A DNA stretch of 59,764 bases from positions 1-59,764 of the IMG/VR virus record IMGVR_UViG_3300017971_004765. One strand, 5' to 3'. The notes beneath the pieces are model-generated. The model had not been told where the DNA came from. It searched no databases and saw nothing but the letters and a program-made list of their open reading frames with translations. The first letter of the stretch is position 1. Each line of letters begins with the position of its first letter. A program made the position numbers and the translations under genes. Origin of the DNA: a virus. Taxonomy: Duplodnaviria > Caudoviricetes. Positions 56,561-59,764 of the stretch are shown one piece after another.

Positions 56561-56760
56561 TTATTCCCCCTTAACTATGAGCAGTTGCCCACGCCCGAGC
56601 CCGAGCCCTACGCCAAACTTGGGGTAGCACCCCTCACACATAAACGCCCACGGCCCCATGCGAGTCCGCCCGTCAACTTCTGCGGGCTTCCCGCAAAAGT
56701 CGCATTTCGGGCGCTCGAGCACCTCAGCCGTCCGCAAATCCTTGGTTGTGGTCACGCCAT
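56561..56760 (-). CDS. Small Zn-finger phage protein (start approximate)
   Basis: CDFC...DGRTRMGPWAFMCEGC...GVGLGLGRGQ. Confidence 0.65.
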
Positions 56761-56831
56761 CACCGAATAGTAGTATGCAGCCCGAGTATATAAATGTTTC
56801 GTTTTGGGCAAAAAAAGAAAACGGGCGCCCC

Positions 56832-57014
56832 TCAGATGAGAGACGCCACCCGATATCGCTTCTCGCAGCCCTCACAAGTGACGACATAGTTGGCGTCAGG
56901 CTCAACCAGTCGCTCGCACCCGCAATGGGGGCACTCGACCTCCGCCACCGAGTCCCACGTCAGGGGCACGGTCACGGTTCGCAGATTTTCGGTTTCACGC
57001 ATCCGCATCACCAC
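56832..57014 (-). CDS. Zn-ribbon protein
   Basis: CPHCG...CEGC; own promoter and terminator. Confidence 0.65.
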   Translation of the reverse strand: MVMRMRETENLRTVTVPLTWDSVAEVECPHCGCERLVEPDANYVVTCEGCEKRYRVASLI

Positions 57015-57065
57015 CTTGTCCTTGGATTCAGAGTATATAAATGTTTCTGAAAAAAGAGGGGGCGG

Positions 57066-57272
57066 TCACGGGATATCCGTGACCTCAAACTTGACGATCT
57101 CGACGCTCTCCAGCTCGGGGACCACGCGCTCCCACGCCTCGGGGGGCATGTCGAACGCCTTGATGACAGCGGCACGCTCCGCCGCCTTGTCGTTCTCCGC
57201 CTCGACCTCGACGGTGACGGTTGCCACCGCCGGGGTCTCGAAGGTATACTTGTATGTTGCCACACAGGTCAC
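57066..57272 (-). CDS. Small acidic hypothetical protein
   Basis: VEVEAENDKAAERAA; own promoter. Confidence 0.6.
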   Translation of the reverse strand: MTCVATYKYTFETPAVATVTVEVEAENDKAAERAAVIKAFDMPPEAWERVVPELESVEIVKFEVTDIP

Positions 57273-57467
57273 CGAATATACCTACGCAGCCCGAGTATAT
57301 AAATGTTTCGGTTATGGTCACTTCTTGAATAGATCCTTAGCCAACAGAATGAGAATCAGAACAGAATGACCATATTCTGCTGAATCATATTCAAGAAGAA
57401 TTGCGCATCGCTCAGAGTCACGACATTCACCTCCTTTAACCTGTGCCAATACCGTAGTCATCGGTGT

Positions 57468-57596
57468 TTATAAATGTTTCGGTTTCCGGCCCCTCTTCTT
57501 GGGCGGGGCTCCCAGAATGAACGCCAGCGTCTCCGCCAGCACCAGCACCACCACCGCAACAATGGCGAGCCCAATATCAGCAAACTTGAAACGCAT
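57468..57596 (-). CDS. 42-aa single-TM peptide with basic tail
   Basis: SD AAGGAGGTG; MRFKFADIGLAIVAVVVLVLAETLAFILGAPPKKRGRK. Confidence 0.6.
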   Translation of the reverse strand: MRFKFADIGLAIVAVVVLVLAETLAFILGAPPKKRGRKPKHL

Positions 57597-57886
57597 CACC
57601 TCCTTGGTAAGGTATCGGCGGGCGACCTCACGGGGACGGGAAGCTTGACGAAAGCTTGGCCACCCGCCGACTGAATACCGTTGCGCACTCGAGTATATAA
57701 ATGTTTCCTTGGTGCCCACCGAAACATATTTAAGCAGGGATGCTAATAGGCTATGGATCCTTTTTTTCTTTTTAGGTGAGAAATGTGTTTGTTAGAAGAA
57801 TAGGAGAATTCATCGGATTCGCAGCGTGTCTAACTATGGCTTTAACCATTTTTGCGGGCACAGTTATAGTTTTATTATTGAGGTAT

Positions 57887-58117
57887 TCAGTCATCACACT
57901 CACCTTTTATGAATTTAACAGCATCATCAGGGTTATCAAATAGAACGATGCTGCATACTGGACATTCATACTCATCCAATGCTGAATCAGAAGGTATGCT
58001 GTCTTCTTTCTTAAATCCTAGTTCACCGTTTTTATCTAAACCAACGTAATATACAACCAATTCATTGGTATAATTTACCAGATGTGTTATCTCTTCACCA
58101 CACACGGGACACTTCAC
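57887..58117 (-). CDS. Zn-ribbon protein
   Basis: CPVC twice. Confidence 0.65.
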   Translation of the reverse strand: MKCPVCGEEITHLVNYTNELVVYYVGLDKNGELGFKKEDSIPSDSALDEYECPVCSIVLFDNPDDAVKFIKGECDD

Positions 58118-58275
58118 TTCAAGTTGCCTCCTAGCAATGATAATCTACCGTAATCAGGTATCCTCCCTCTATATAACCGCTATGTCGCACAACCACAATA
58201 CCGCCCACGCCTCGGGCGGGAAACGACTCTTGGGTTTCACCGCCCAACTCACGGGCTCCGCCTTCTTGTAGCGCC

Positions 58276-58473
58276 TCATATCAGTCCCACCTCTTTCGCC
58301 AGCTCGATCCGCCTCTTCACCCGCTCGAGTTCTGGGTTATACTCCTCCTCGGGGTATTCCTCGTAAAGCTCCCAGCACTCGGGGCAGCGCCACGAGCGCC
58401 CACCCAAGAACTGCAGATCAGCGCCGCACTTGACGCAGACCTCCACGCCGAAGCCATCACGCACCAGCTTCAT
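58276..58473 (-). CDS. Zn-ribbon protein, probably leaderless
   Basis: CVKC...CPEC; ATG about 20 nt from promoter 58493. Confidence 0.65.
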   Translation of the reverse strand: MKLVRDGFGVEVCVKCGADLQFLGGRSWRCPECWELYEEYPEEEYNPELERVKRRIELAKEVGLI

Positions 58474-58578
58474 AAGATACCCCTTACAGGCAGAGTATAT
58501 AAATGTTTCGTTCGACCCACAAAAGAAAAGATGGGGGCTCGAGTCCTATTAGCGCTGGTTGTTAACTCCACTTAACGT

Positions 58579-59202
58579 TCAATCCAAGTCTTCGATCTGA
58601 TCTCTGATCACATCTAAATCCTTCACCGATTCTATCTTCTCGCTCGCTAGGTCAGTAAAGACCTGCTTTACTGGCTCCCGCAATCGTTTTGGCACGACCC
58701 AAACATAGTCGGGTAAAAAATATCCGCTGACATGCATATAGTTCCGCATATGCTCAAACGCGCGAATCATTCTGTGAGCATTGGTTGCCTTCTCTATTGG
58801 TCGTGTTCGGATTGCCGTTTCAATCTCACGCTCACATTCTCTGTGCGCCATAGAATTGTAACGATACTCATCCCAGTTTGCTTGGAGTGCATCGCATGAT
58901 GGCCACGCTGATCTTGACGCAGAACTACATATCTCTCCCATAAGACGCATCTGTTGAGGTCCGTAGCCAGTAAAGTTCGCAATCGAATACGAGGGGTCAT
59001 CCCGCGAGAATTTGCGTTCCGTCCGTTGCGCAATCTTGCAAAACGTGACAAGACTTTCACGAAGCACGGGTTTGCATTCGTCTGGCTCACGTTCACCTGT
59101 CTGTGCTTCTAGGATGCACCTTGTACCGTCAACTATGTCAAGCAGGTTCTTCTTGACCTTTTCGGGTCGCATAACCATCTGGTTGTTAACACCTCTTAAC
59201 AT
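58579..59202 (-). CDS. Hypothetical protein
   Basis: 207-aa ORF. Confidence 0.6.
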   Translation of the reverse strand: MLRGVNNQMVMRPEKVKKNLLDIVDGTRCILEAQTGEREPDECKPVLRESLVTFCKIAQRTERKFSRDDPSYSIANFTGYGPQQMRLMGEICSSASRSAWPSCDALQANWDEYRYNSMAHRECEREIETAIRTRPIEKATNAHRMIRAFEHMRNYMHVSGYFLPDYVWVVPKRLREPVKQVFTDLASEKIESVKDLDVIRDQIEDLD

Positions 59203-59412
59203 TCAGACGAATCCGTAGTTCTCGACCTCGACAAATACCCCGTCATATGTTACCTCACCGTTGAGTATCCGCCCTTGGTCTCGGTAGGCAGCCGCCGCCG
59301 CCTCCTCCTCAGCTCGGGCGATCTCCGCCTCAATCTCCTCGACCAGCTCCCGGTCGAGCTGCTCCTCGATTTCCGACTCAGCTACATCTCCATAGTCCAT
59401 GTCAGTCACCAC
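59203..59412 (-). CDS. Small acidic protein
   Basis: Very Glu-rich; own promoter. Confidence 0.6.
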   Translation of the reverse strand: MVTDMDYGDVAESEIEEQLDRELVEEIEAEIARAEEEAAAAAYRDQGRILNGEVTYDGVFVEVENYGFV

Positions 59413-59433
59413 ATACTACTACGCAGGCGCCCC

Positions 59434-59640
59434 TTATAAATCTTTCGGTTCGCCCGCCCACCAAGAATCGTCTCTCCGATCCTCCGCCTCGAGTTCGGTG
59501 AGTATCACATAGCGCTCCCACGCCCGATCAGCCGCCCACCTCATCTTGGGGCGGGAGTCCATTGGGTTCGGGCCGTCTATGTAGTAGTCGTCACTCGAGC
59601 AGTGCTCCAACCCATAAGTCAGCTCGTCCATGTCAGTCAC
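59434..59640 (-). CDS. Small acidic protein
   Basis: Own promoter; shares the MTDMD start with 59203-59412. Confidence 0.6.
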   Translation of the reverse strand: MTDMDELTYGLEHCSSDDYYIDGPNPMDSRPKMRWAADRAWERYVILTELEAEDRRDDSWWAGEPKDL

Positions 59641-59764
59641 CGAATAGTAGTATGCAGGCGGAGTATATAAATGTTTCGTTTCCGGGAAAAAATAAAGAGG
59701 GGCGGATTAGAAATGTACCTCGTATCTTCCAACCCGCCCGTCGCCGTACTTGAGAACAACCCGC

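Larger units (their letters stand above)
53151..59678 (-). promoter_or_regulatory. Array of about 17 near-identical early BRE-TATA promoters, CGAAACATTTATA(TACTC/AG)
   Basis: Copies at 53151, 54134, 54963 (variant), 55431, 55613, 55796, 55909, 56386, 56514, 56784, 57031, 57293, 57467, 57691, 58493, 59433 and 59661. Confidence 0.9.

Noticed and set aside
53151-59678. Repeated GTTTCG-containing motif as a CRISPR array
   Set aside because: Spacing is irregular (about 110-1000 bp), the intervals hold ORFs and terminators, and the motif is a BRE-TATA promoter
264-59753. Plus-strand ORFs in the track
   Set aside because: Nearly all are antisense shadows of well-supported minus-strand genes and lack motifs or ribosome binding sites
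1-59764. Borg-like element or complete DGR locus
   Set aside because: A full head-tail morphogenesis module indicates a tailed virus; no RT, Avd or template repeat was found in the window, so DGR activity remains a hypothesis

Overview
About 60 kb of an archaeal tailed virus (Caudoviricetes, siphovirus-like), with essentially all genes on the minus strand. Archaeal host is inferred from BRE-TATA promoters (CGAAAC-ATTTATATA) and GGAGGTGA-type ribosome binding sites; the host lineage cannot be determined from this window. In transcription order (right to left): (1) an early region, 53.1-59.7 kb, built from about 17 near-identical promoters, each driving a tiny ORF or an ORF-less structured RNA; (2) small accessory genes, an RNA ligase, CysD, an EndoVII-like nuclease, WbqC and DUF5320-like peptides; (3) a promoter-driven ~290-nt structured ncRNA with a tRNA-like elbow; (4) TerS and TerL; (5) a 17-kb glycan synthesis/modification island inserted between terL and portal; (6) portal, MuF-like protein, protease/scaffold and HK97 capsid; (7) neck genes interrupted by accessory virion genes, including a beta-helix protein whose 81-bp repeats vary only at codon positions 1-2, in a DGR-like pattern; (8) two tail-tube paralogs, a chaperone with a -1 frameshift, tape measure and tail-tip proteins; (9) a PAS protein, putative lysis genes and a truncated QW-repeat protein. 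No polymerase, integrase, reverse transcriptase or CRISPR array was recognised. All calls come from reading motifs by eye; no database searches or folding programs were run.
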